A DNA stretch of 64,000 bases. Origin: Eledone cirrhosa. Lineage: Eukaryota. Location of the stretch: contig OZ024741.1 in the NCBI GenBank assembly GCA_964016885.1, forward strand, positions 257,176,001 through 257,240,000, in the 5' to 3' direction. Positions 39,046-52,199 of this stretch are shown in pieces (position 1 is the stretch's first letter; each line of letters opens with the position of its first letter). Both the position numbers and the translations under genes were made by a program. The notes under the pieces were generated by a model, which was not told where the DNA came from, made no database searches, and was given only the letters and a program-made list of their open reading frames with translations.

Positions 39046-42000
39046 GTGTTTCGACTTACGAGTGTTTCGACTTACGAGTGTTTCGGCTTACGAGTGGTTT
39101 GACTTACGAGTGTTCTGACTACGAGTGTTCTGACTTACGAGTGTTTCGGCTTATGAGTGTTTCGACTTACGAGTGTTTCGGTTTATGAGTGTTTCGACTT
39201 ACGAGTGTTTCGGCTTACGAGTGTTTCGACTTACGAGTGTTTCGACTTACGGGTGTTTCGACTTACGAGTGTTTCGACTACGAGTGTTTCGACTTACGAG
39301 TGTTTCGGCTTACGAGTGTTTCGACATACGGGTGTTTCGACTTACGGTGTTTCGGCTTACGAGTGTTTCGACTTACGAGTGTTTTGACTTACGGTATTTC
39401 TGCTTACGAGTGTTTCGACTTACGAGTGTTACGAGTGTTCTGACTACGAGTGTTTCGACTTACGAGTGTTCTGACCTACGAGTGTTCTGACTTACGAGTT
39501 TTTCGACTTACGAGTGTTTTGACTTACGGGTGTTTCGACTTACGGGTGTTTCGACTTACGAGTGTTTCGACTTACGAGTGTTCCGACCTATGAGGGTTTC
39601 GGCTTACTGGTGTTCCGACTTACGAGTATTTTCGGCTGACGAGTGTTTCGACTTACGGGTGTTTCGACTTACGAGTGTTTCGTCTACGAGTGTTTCGACA
39701 TACGAGTGTTTCGGCTTACGAGTGTTTCGACATACGGGTGTTTCGACTTACGGTGTTTCGGCTTACGAGTGTTTCGACTTACGAGTGTTCTGACTTACGA
39801 GTGTTCTGACTTATGAGTGTTCTGACTTACGAGTATTCCGACTTACGAGTGTTTCGGCTTACGAGTGTTTCGGCTTACGAGTGTTTCGACTTACGAGTGT
39901 TTCGACTTACGAGTGTTTCGACTTACGAGTGTTTTGACTTACTGGTGTTTTGACATACGAGTGTTTCGATACGAGTGTTTCGACTTACGAGTGTTCTGAC
40001 TTACGAGTGTTCTGACTTACGAGTGTTCTAACTTACGAGTGTTCTGACTTACGAGTGTTCTGACTTACGAGTGTTCTGACTTACGAGTGTTCCGACTTAC
40101 GAGTGTTTCGGCTCACGAGTGTTTCGGCTTACGAGTGTTTCGACTTACGAAAATAAAAAATAGACGCGGTTTCAAATCTCTATGCTTTTCAAATTCAGTA
40201 CATTAATCTTTATTTATACGTTTCGCTTTACGAGTGTTTCGACTTACGAGTGTTTCGACTTACGAGTGTTTCGGCTTACGAGTGTTTTGACTTACGAGTG
40301 TTTTGACTTACATGTGTTTCGACTTACGCGTGTTTCGACTTACGAGTGTTTCGACTTGCGAGTGTTTCGACTACGGGTGTTTCGACTTACGAATGTTTTG
40401 ACTTACGGATGTTTTGACTTACGGGTGTTTCGGCTTACGAGTCTTTCGACTTACGAGTGTTCTGACTTACAAGTGTTCTGACTTACGAGTGTTCCGACTT
40501 ACGAGTGTTTCGACTTACGAGTGTTTCGGCTAACGAGTGTTTCGACTTACGAGTGTTCTGACTACGAGTGTTCTGACTTACGGGTGTTCTGACTTACGAG
40601 TGTTCCGACTTACGAGTGTTTCGGCTTTCGAGTGTTTCGACTTACGAGTGTTTCGGGTTACGAGTGTTTCGACTTACGAATGTTTTCGCTTACGAGTGTT
40701 TCCGCTTACGAGTGTTTCGACTTACGAGTGTTTCGACTTACGAGTGTTTTGACTTACGGTTTTTCGGCTTGCGAGTGTTTCGACATACGAGTGTTTTGAC
40801 TTACGGGCGTTTCGACTTACGGGTGTTTCGACTTACGAGTGTTTCGACTTACGAGTGTTCTGACTTACGAGTGTTCTGACTTGCGAGTGTTCCGACTTAC
40901 GAGTGTTTCGGCTTACGAGTGTTTCGACATACGAGTGTTTTGACTTACGGATGTTTCAACTTACGGGTGTTTCGACTTACGAGTGTTTCGACTTACGAGT
41001 GTTCTGACTACGAGTGTTCTGACTTACGGGTGCTCTGACTTACGAGTGTTTCGACTTACGAGTGTTTCGACTTACGAGTGTTTCGACTTACGAGTGTTTC
41101 GGCTTACGAGTGTTTCGACTTACGAGTGTTTTGACTTACGAATGTTTTGCCTTACGGGTGTTCCGGTTTACGAGTGTTTCGACTTACGAGTATTATGACT
41201 TACGAGTGTTCCGACTTACGGGTGTTTCGACTTACGAGTGTTTCGACATACGAGTATTTTCGGCTGACGAGTGTTTCGAGTTACGAGTGTTTTGACTTAC
41301 GATTGTTTCGGCTTACGAGTGTTTCGGCTTACGAGTGTTTTGATTTACGAGTGTTTTGACTTACGGGTGTTTCGACTTACGCGTGTTTCGACTTACGAGT
41401 GTTTCGACTTACGAGTGTTTCGGCTTATGAGTGTTTCGAATTAGGAGTGTTTTGACTTACGGGTGTTTTGACATACGAGTGTTTCGGTACGAGTGTTCTG
41501 ACTTACGAGTGTTCTTACTTACGAGTGTTCTGACTTACAAGTGTTCTGACTAACGGGTGTTCTGACTTACGAGTGTTCTGACTTACGAGTGTTCTGACTT
41601 ACGAGTGTTCCGACTTACGAGTGTTTCGGCTCACGAGTGTTTCGGCTTACGAGTGTTTCGACTTACGAAAATAACAAATAGACGCGGTTTCAAATCTCTA
41701 TGCTTTTCAAATTCATTACATTAATCTTTATTTATACGTTTCGCTTTACGAGTGTTTCGACTTACGAGTGTTTCGACTTACGAGTGTTTCGGCTTACGAG
41801 TGTTTTGACTTACGAGTGTTTTGACTTACATGTGTTTCGACTTACGCGTGTTTCGACTTACGAGTGTTTCGACTTGCGAGTGTTTCGACTACGGGTGTTT
41901 CGACTTACGAATGTTTTGACTTACGGATGTTTTGACTTACGGGTGTTTCGGCTTACGAGTGTTTCGACTTACGAGTGTTTTGACATACGGTGTTTCGGCT

Positions 42001-42282
42001 TACGAGCGTTTCGACATACGAGTGTTTTGACTTACGGGTGTTTCGACTTACGGGTGTTTCGACTTAAGAGTGTTTCGACTTACGAGCGCTTCGACTTACG
42101 AGTGTTCTGACTTACGAGTGTTCCGACTTACGAGTGTTTCTGCTTACGAGTGTTTCGACTTACGAGTGTTTGGGCTTACGAGTGTTTCAGTGTTTCGGCT
42201 TACGTGTGTTTCGACTTACGAGTGTTTCGATTTACGAGTGTTTCGGCTTACGAGTGTTTCGGCTTACGAGTGTTTCGGCTTA

Positions 42283-43021
42283 TTATATATAAACGTTTCT
42301 ATTTCCATCGTTTTATCGTAAACGTTTATATATTTCCATCGTTATATCATAACGTTTATATTTCCGTCACTAATCTCTTTTTCTCCTTTTTCGTTGTAAC
42401 ATATATTTATTTCAAAGATTTCACCGTATAGATAACATATATATTTATACATGCATAAAAGACACACTGAGAGACGGTGAACATGTGGTGCCAAAAACAT
42501 TTCTAATCCAAATCTCAACAATATCAGTATATACACTAGATTTGCTAGCAGAAAACCGCCCACCGGGTGGTTTTCTGCTAGTCTATATATATAAAACTGA
42601 GGATGTCTGTCTGTGTGTGAGTTTGAATCCCTAAAACTCGAGAACCACCCAACCGACTGTTTTCAAACTTTACACATGTAATACTTACGTTTCAGGGAGT
42701 GTTCTGAGCAAAAAATATTTCAAATTTTCAATGCCCTAGGGACCACATTAGGCGATTTAGCGATCTCTCTCTATAATTCTTAGTCTTTCTCTTTTTAGAT
42801 AGATACATACATATAACGTCGTGCCCTTATAATATCTGTCTGTATGTCTGGCTGTCTGCATTACGTCACTTCCCTGAGGATGTCTGTCTGTGTGTGTGTC
42901 TGTGAGTTTGAATCCCTAAAATGCGAGAAGTACCCAACCGATTTTTTTCAAACTTTACATGTGTATTACTTATGTTTCAGGGAGTGTTTGTTATGCACAT
43001 AAAATTCAACCTTTTGATCTG
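42283..43021 (+). mobile_element. ~739-bp island, copy 4 (putative Helitron head-to-tail junction)
   Basis: Appears identical to copy 3. Hairpin 42545-42581, TC at 42582. Confidence 0.7.
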
Positions 43022-46000
43022 GTGTTTCGACTTACGAGTGTTTCGACTTACGAGTGTTTCGGCTTACGAGTGGTTTGACTTACGAGTGTTCTGACTACGA
43101 GTGTTCTGACTTACGAGTGTTTCGGCTTATGAGTGTTTCGACTTACGAGTGTTTCGGTTTATGAGTGTTTCGACTTACGAGTGTTTCGGCTTACGAGTGT
43201 TTCGACTTACGAGTGTTTCGACTTACGGGTGTTTCGACTTACGAGTGTTTCGACTACGAGTGTTTCGACTTACGAGTGTTTCGGCTTACGAGTGTTTCGA
43301 CATACGGGTGTTTCGACTTACGGTGTTTCGGCTTACGAGTGTTTCGACTTACGAGTGTTTTGACTTACGGTATTTCTGCTTACGAGTGTTTCGACTTACG
43401 AGTGTTACGAGTGTTCTGACTACGAGTGTTTCGACTTACGAGTGTTCTGACCTACGAGTGTTCTGACTTACGAGTTTTTCGACTTACGAGTGTTTTGACT
43501 TACGGGTGTTTCGACTTACGGGTGTTTCGACTTACGAGTGTTTCGACTTACGAGTGTTCCGACCTATGAGGGTTTCGGCTTACTGGTGTTCCGACTTACG
43601 AGTATTTTCGGCTGACGAGTGTTTCGACTTACGGGTGTTTCGACTTACGAGTGTTTCGTCTACGAGTGTTTCGACATACGAGTGTTTCGGCTTACGAGTG
43701 TTTCGACATACGGGTGTTTCGACTTACGGTGTTTCGGCTTACGAGTGTTTCGACTTACGAGTGTTCTGACTTACGAGTGTTCTGACTTATGAGTGTTCTG
43801 ACTTACGAGTATTCCGACTTACGAGTGTTTCGGCTTACGAGTGTTTCGGCTTACGAGTGTTTCGACTTACGAGTGTTTCGACTTACGAGTGTTTCGACTT
43901 ATGAGTGTTTTGACTTACGGTGTTTCGGCTTACGAGTGTTTCGACTTACGAGTGTTTTGACTTACTGGTGTTTTGACATACGAGTGTTTCGATACGAGTG
44001 TTTCGACTTACGAGTGTTCTGACTTACGAGTGTTCTGACTTACGAGTGTTCTGACTTACGAGTGTTCTAACTTACGAGTGTTCTGACTTACGAGTGTTCT
44101 GACTTACGAGTGTTCCGACTTACGAGTGTTTCGGCTCACGAGTGTTTCGGCTTACGAGTGTTTCGACTTACGAAAATAAAAAATAGACGCGGTTTCAAAT
44201 CTCTATGCTTTTCAAATTCAGTACATTAATCTTTATTTATACGTTTCGCTTTACGAGTGTTTCGACTTACGAGTGTTTCGACTTACGAGTGTTTCGGCTT
44301 ACGAGTGTTTTGACTTACGAGTGTTTTGACTTACATGTGTTTCGACTTACGCGTGTTTCGACTTACGAGTGTTTCGACTTGCGAGTGTTTCGACTACGGG
44401 TGTTTCGACTTACGAATGTTTTGACTTACGGATGTTTTGACTTACGGGTGTTTCGGCTTACGAGTCTTTCGACTTACGAGTGTTCTGACTTACGAGTGTT
44501 CTGACTTACGAGTGTTCCGACTTACGAGTGTTTCGACTTACGAGTGTTTCGGCTAACGAGTGTTTCGACTTACGAGTGTTCTGACTACGAGTGTTCTGAC
44601 TTACGGGTGTTCTGACTTACGAGTGTTCCGACTTACGAGTGTTTCGGCTTTCGAGTGTTTCGACTTACGAGTGTTTCGGGTTACGAGTGTTTCGACTTAC
44701 GAATGTTTTCGCTTACGAGTGTTTCCGCTTACGAGTGTTTCGACTTACGAGTGTTTCGACTTACGAGTGTTTTGACTTACGGTTTTTCGGCTTGCGAGTG
44801 TTTCGACATACGAGTGTTTTGACTTACGGGCGTTTCGACTTACGGGTGTTTCGACTTACGAGTGTTTCGACTTACGAGTGTTCTGACTTACGAGTGTTCT
44901 GACTTGCGAGTGTTCCGACTTACGAGTGTTTCGGCTTACGAGTGTTTCGACATACGAGTGTTTTGACTTACGGATGTTTCAACTTACGGGCGTTTCGACT
45001 TACGGGTGTTTCGACTTACGAGTGTTTCGACATACGAGTGTTCTGACTTACGAGTGTTCTGACTTACGGGTGCTCTGACTTACGAGTGTTTCGACTTACG
45101 AGTGTTTCGACTTACGAGTGTTTCGGCTTACGAGTGTTTCGACTTACGAGTGTTTTGACTTACGAATGTTTTGCCTTACGGGTGTTCCGGTTTACGAGTG
45201 TTTCGACTTACGAGTATTATGACTTACGAGTGTTCCGACTTACGGGTGTTTCGACTTACGAGTGTTTCGACATACGAGTATTTTCGGCTGACGAGTGTTT
45301 CGAGTTACGAGTGTTTTGACTTACGATTGTTTCGGCTTACGAGTGTTTCGGCTTACGAGTGTTTTGATTTACGAGTGTTTTGACTTACGGGTGTTTCGAC
45401 TTACGCGTGTTTCGACTTACGAGTGTTTCGACTTACGAGTGTTTCGGCTTATGAGTGTTTCGAATTAGGAGTGTTTTGACTTACGGGTGTTTTGACATAC
45501 GAGTGTTTCGGTACGAGTGTTCTGACTTACGAGTGTTCTTACTTACGAGTGTTCTGACTTACAAGTGTTCTGACTAACGGGTGTTCTGACTTACGAGTGT
45601 TCTGACTTACGAGTGTTCTGACTTACGAGTGTTCCGACTTACGAGTGTTTCGGCTCACGAGTGTTTCGGCTTACGAGTGTTTCGACTTACGAAAATAACA
45701 AATAGACGCGGTTTCAAATCTCTATGCTTTTCAAATTCATTACATTAATCTTTATTTATACGTTTCGCTTTACGAGTGTTTCGACTTACGAGTGTTTCGA
45801 CTTACGAGTGTTTCGGCTTACGAGTGTTTTGACTTACGAGTGTTTTGACTTACATGTGTTTCGACTTACGCGTGTTTCGACTTACGAGTGTTTCGACTTG
45901 CGAGTGTTTCGACTACGGGTGTTTCGACTTACGAATGTTTTGACTTACGGATGTTTTGACTTACGGGTGTTTCGGCTTACGAGTGTTTCGACTTACGAGT

Positions 46001-46306
46001 GTTTTGACATACGGTGTTTCGGCTTACGAGCGTTTCGACATACGAGTGTTTTGACTTACGGGTGTTTCGACTTACGGGTGTTTCGACTTAAGAGTGTTTC
46101 GACTTACGAGCGCTTCGACTTACGAGTGTTCTGACTTACGAGTGTTCCGACTTACGAGTGTTTCTGCTTACGAGTGTTTCGACTTACGAGTGTTTGGGCT
46201 TACGAGTGTTTCAGTGTTTCGGCTTACGTGTGTTTCGACTTACGAGTGTTTCGATTTACGAGTGTTTCGGCTTACGAGTGTTTCGGCTTACGAGTGTTTC
46301 GGCTTA

Positions 46307-47045
46307 TTATATATAAACGTTTCTATTTCCATCGTTTTATCGTAAACGTTTATATATTTCCATCGTTATATCATAACGTTTATATTTCCGTCACTAATCT
46401 CTTTTTCTCCTTTTTCGTTGTAACATATATTTATTTCAAAGATTTCACCGTATAGATAACATATATATTTATACATGCATAAAAGACACACTGAGAGACG
46501 GTGAACATGTGGTGCCAAAAACATTTCTAATCCAAATCTCAACAATATCAGTATATACACTAGATTTGCTAGCAGAAAACCGCCCACCGGGTGGTTTTCT
46601 GCTAGTCTATATATATAAAACTGAGGATGTCTGTCTGTGTGTGAGTTTGAATCCCTAAAACTCGAGAACCACCCAACCGACTGTTTTCAAACTTTACACA
46701 TGTAATACTTACGTTTCAGGGAGTGTTCTGAGCAAAAAATATTTCAAATTTTCAATGCCCTAGGGACCACATTAGGCGATTTAGCGATCTCTCTCTATAA
46801 TTCTTAGTCTTTCTCTTTTTAGATAGATACATACATATAACGTCGTGCCCTTATAATATCTGTCTGTATGTCTGGCTGTCTGCATTACGTCACTTCCCTG
46901 AGGATGTCTGTCTGTGTGTGTGTCTGTGAGTTTGAATCCCTAAAATGCGAGAAGTACCCAACCGATTTTTTTCAAACTTTACATGTGTATTACTTATGTT
47001 TCAGGGAGTGTTTGTTATGCACATAAAATTCAACCTTTTGATCTG
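46307..47045 (+). mobile_element. ~739-bp island, copy 5 (putative Helitron head-to-tail junction)
   Basis: Appears identical to copy 3. Hairpin 46569-46605, TC at 46606. Confidence 0.7.
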
Positions 47046-50000
47046 GTGTTTCGACTTACGAGTGTTTCGACTTACGAGTGTTTCGGCTTACGAGTGGTTT
47101 GACTTACGAGTGTTCTGACTACGAGTGTTCTGACTTACGAGTGTTTCGGCTTATGAGTGTTTCGACTTACGAGTGTTTCGGTTTATGAGTGTTTCGACTT
47201 ACGAGTGTTTCGGCTTACGAGTGTTTCGACTTACGAGTGTTTCGACTTACGGGTGTTTCGACTTACGAGTGTTTCGACTACGAGTGTTTCGACTTACGAG
47301 TGTTTCGGCTTACGAGTGTTTCGACATACGGGTGTTTCGACTTACGGTGTTTCGGCTTACGAGTGTTTCGACTTACGAGTGTTTTGACTTACGGTATTTC
47401 TGCTTACGAGTGTTTCGACTTACGAGTGTTACGAGTGTTCTGACTACGAGTGTTTCGACTTACGAGTGTTCTGACCTACGAGTGTTCTGACTTACGAGTT
47501 TTTCGACTTACGAGTGTTTTGACTTACGGGTGTTTCGACTTACGGGTGTTTCGACTTACGAGTGTTTCGACTTACGAGTGTTCCGACCTATGAGGGTTTC
47601 GGCTTACTGGTGTTCCGACTTACGAGTATTTTCGGCTGACGAGTGTTTCGACTTACGGGTGTTTCGACTTACGAGTGTTTCGTCTACGAGTGTTTCGACA
47701 TACGAGTGTTTCGGCTTACGAGTGTTTCGACATACGGGTGTTTCGACTTACGGTGTTTCGGCTTACGAGTGTTTCGACTTACGAGTGTTCTGACTTACGA
47801 GTGTTCTGACTTATGAGTGTTCTGACTTACGAGTATTCCGACTTACGAGTGTTTCGGCTTACGAGTGTTTCGGCTTACGAGTGTTTCGACTTACGAGTGT
47901 TTCGACTTACGAGTGTTTCGACTTATGAGTGTTTTGACTTACGGTGTTTCGGCTTACGAGTGTTTCGACTTACGAGTGTTTTGACTTACTGGTGTTTTGA
48001 CATACGAGTGTTTCGATACGAGTGTTTCGACTTACGAGTGTTCTGACTTACGAGTGTTCTGACTTACGAGTGTTCTGACTTACGAGTGTTCTAACTTACG
48101 AGTGTTCTGACTTACGAGTGTTCTGACTTACGAGTGTTCCGACTTACGAGTGTTTCGGCTCACGAGTGTTTCGGCTTACGAGTGTTTCGACTTACGAAAA
48201 TAAAAAATAGACGCGGTTTCAAATCTCTATGCTTTTCAAATTCAGTACATTAATCTTTATTTATACGTTTCGCTTTACGAGTGTTTCGACTTACGAGTGT
48301 TTCGACTTACGAGTGTTTCGGCTTACGAGTGTTTTGACTTACGAGTGTTTTGACTTACATGTGTTTCGACTTACGCGTGTTTCGACTTACGAGTGTTTCG
48401 ACTTGCGAGTGTTTCGACTACGGGTGTTTCGACTTACGAATGTTTTGACTTACGGATGTTTTGACTTACGGGTGTTTCGGCTTACGAGTCTTTCGACTTA
48501 CGAGTGTTCTGACTTACAAGTGTTCTGACTTACGAGTGTTCCGACTTACGAGTGTTTCGACTTACGAGTGTTTCGGCTAACGAGTGTTTCGACTTACGAG
48601 TGTTCTGACTACGAGTGTTCTGACTTACGGGTGTTCTGACTTACGAGTGTTCCGACTTACGAGTGTTTCGGCTTTCGAGTGTTTCGACTTACGAGTGTTT
48701 CGGGTTACGAGTGTTTCGACTTACGAATGTTTTCGCTTACGAGTGTTTCCGCTTACGAGTGTTTCGACTTACGAGTGTTTCGACTTACGAGTGTTTTGAC
48801 TTACGGTTTTTCGGCTTGCGAGTGTTTCGACATACGAGTGTTTTGACTTACGGGCGTTTCGACTTACGGGTGTTTCGACTTACGAGTGTTTCGACTTACG
48901 AGTGTTCTGACTTACGAGTGTTCTGACTTGCGAGTGTTCCGACTTACGAGTGTTTCGGCTTACGAGTGTTTCGACATACGAGTGTTTTGACTTACGGATG
49001 TTTCAACTTACGGGTGTTTCGACTTACGAGTGTTTCGACTTACGAGTGTTCTGACTACGAGTGTTCTGACTTACGGGTGCTCTGACTTACGAGTGTTTCG
49101 ACTTACGAGTGTTTCGACTTACGAGTGTTTCGGCTTACGAGTGTTTCGACTTACGAGTGTTTTGACTTACGAATGTTTTGCCTTACGGGTGTTCCGGTTT
49201 ACGAGTGTTTCGACTTACGAGTATTATGACTTACGAGTGTTCCGACTTACGGGTGTTTCGACTTACGAGTGTTTCGACATACGAGTATTTTCGGCTGACG
49301 AGTGTTTCGAGTTACGAGTGTTTTGACTTACGATTGTTTCGGCTTACGAGTGTTTCGGCTTACGAGTGTTTTGATTTACGAGTGTTTTGACTTACGGGTG
49401 TTTCGACTTACGCGTGTTTCGACTTACGAGTGTTTCGACTTACGAGTGTTTCGGCTTATGAGTGTTTCGAATTAGGAGTGTTTTGACTTACGGGTGTTTT
49501 GACATACGAGTGTTTCGGTACGAGTGTTCTGACTTACGAGTGTTCTTACTTACGAGTGTTCTGACTTACAAGTGTTCTGACTAACGGGTGTTCTGACTTA
49601 CGAGTGTTCTGACTTACGAGTGTTCTGACTTACGAGTGTTCCGACTTACGAGTGTTTCGGCTCACGAGTGTTTCGGCTTACGAGTGTTTCGACTTACGAA
49701 AATAACAAATAGACGCGGTTTCAAATCTCTATGCTTTTCAAATTCATTACATTAATCTTTATTTATACGTTTCGCTTTACGAGTGTTTCGACTTACGAGT
49801 GTTTCGACTTACGAGTGTTTCGGCTTACGAGTGTTTTGACTTACGAGTGTTTTGACTTACATGTGTTTCGACTTACGCGTGTTTCGACTTACGAGTGTTT
49901 CGACTTGCGAGTGTTTCGACTACGGGTGTTTCGACTTACGAATGTTTTGACTTACGGATGTTTTGACTTACGGGTGTTTCGGCTTACGAGTGTTTCGACT

Positions 50001-50313
50001 TACGAGTGTTTTGACATACGGTGTTTCGGCTTACGAGCGTTTCGACATACGAGTGTTTTGACTTACGGGTGTTTCGACTTACGGGTGTTTCGACTTAAGA
50101 GTGTTTCGACTTACGAGCGCTTCGACTTACGAGTGTTCTGACTTACGAGTGTTCCGACTTACGAGTGTTTCTGCTTACGAGTGTTTCGACTTACGAGTGT
50201 TTGGGCTTACGAGTGTTTCAGTGTTTCGGCTTACGTGTGTTTCGACTTACGAGTGTTTCGATTTACGAGTGTTTCGGCTTACGAGTGTTTCGGCTTACGA
50301 GTGTTTCGGCTTA

Positions 50314-51052
50314 TTATATATAAACGTTTCTATTTCCATCGTTTTATCGTAAACGTTTATATATTTCCATCGTTATATCATAACGTTTATATTTCCGTCA
50401 CTAATCTCTTTTTCTCCTTTTTCGTTGTAACATATATTTATTTCAAAGATTTCACCGTATAGATAACATATATATTTATACATGCATAAAAGACACACTG
50501 AGAGACGGTGAACATGTGGTGCCAAAAACATTTCTAATCCAAATCTCAACAATATCAGTATATACACTAGATTTGCTAGCAGAAAACCGCCCACCGGGTG
50601 GTTTTCTGCTAGTCTATATATATAAAACTGAGGATGTCTGTCTGTGTGTGAGTTTGAATCCCTAAAACTCGAGAACCACCCAACCGACTGTTTTCAAACT
50701 TTACACATGTAATACTTACGTTTCAGGGAGTGTTCTGAGCAAAAAATATTTCAAATTTTCAATGCCCTAGGGACCACATTAGGCGATTTAGCGATCTCTC
50801 TCTATAATTCTTAGTCTTTCTCTTTTTAGATAGATACATACATATAACGTCGTGCCCTTATAATATCTGTCTGTATGTCTGGCTGTCTGCATTACGTCAC
50901 TTCCCTGAGGATGTCTGTCTGTGTGTGTGTCTGTGAGTTTGAATCCCTAAAATGCGAGAAGTACCCAACCGATTTTTTTCAAACTTTACATGTGTATTAC
51001 TTATGTTTCAGGGAGTGTTTGTTATGCACATAAAATTCAACCTTTTGATCTG
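50314..51052 (+). mobile_element. ~739-bp island, copy 6 (putative Helitron head-to-tail junction)
   Basis: Appears identical to copy 3. Hairpin 50576-50612, TC at 50613. Confidence 0.7.
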
Positions 51053-52199
51053 GTGTTTCGACTTACGAGTGTTTCGACTTACGAGTGTTTCGGCTTACGA
51101 GTGGTTTGACTTACGAGTGTTCTGACTACGAGTGTTCTGACTTACGAGTGTTTCGGCTTATGAGTGTTTCGACTTACGAGTGTTTCGGTTTATGAGTGTT
51201 TCGACTTACGAGTGTTTCGGCTTACGAGTGTTTCGACTTACGAGTGTTTCGACTTACGGGTGTTTCGACTTACGAGTGTTTCGACTACGAGTGTTTCGAC
51301 TTACGAGTGTTTCGGCTTACGAGTGTTTCGACATACGGGTGTTTCGACTTACGGTGTTTCGGCTTACGAGTGTTTCGACTTACGAGTGTTTTGACTTACG
51401 GTATTTCTGCTTACGAGTGTTTCGACTTACGAGTGTTACGAGTGTTCTGACTACGAGTGTTTCGACTTACGAGTGTTCTGACCTACGAGTGTTCTGACTT
51501 ACGAGTTTTTCGACTTACGAGTGTTTTGACTTACGGGTGTTTCGACTTACGGGTGTTTCGACTTACGAGTGTTTCGACTTACGAGTGTTCCGACCTATGA
51601 GGGTTTCGGCTTACTGGTGTTCCGACTTACGAGTATTTTCGGCTGACGAGTGTTTCGACTTACGGGTGTTTCGACTTACGAGTGTTTCGTCTACGAGTGT
51701 TTCGACATACGAGTGTTTCGGCTTACGAGTGTTTCGACATACGGGTGTTTCGACTTACGGTGTTTCGGCTTACGAGTGTTTCGACTTACGAGTGTTCTGA
51801 CTTACGAGTGTTCTGACTTATGAGTGTTCTGACTTACGAGTATTCCGACTTACGAGTGTTTCGGCTTACGAGTGTTTCGGCTTACGAGTGTTTCGACTTA
51901 CGAGTGTTTCGACTTACGAGTGTTTCGACTTATGAGTGTTTTGACTTACGGTGTTTCGGCTTACGAGTGTTTCGACTTACGAGTGTTTTGACTTACTGGT
52001 GTTTTGACATACGAGTGTTTCGATACGAGTGTTTCGACTTACGAGTGTTCTGACTTACGAGTGTTCTGACTTACGAGTGTTCTGACTTACGAGTGTTCTA
52101 ACTTACGAGTGTTCTGACTTACGAGTGTTCTGACTTACGAGTGTTCCGACTTACGAGTGTTTCGGCTCACGAGTGTTTCGGCTTACGAGTGTTTCGACT

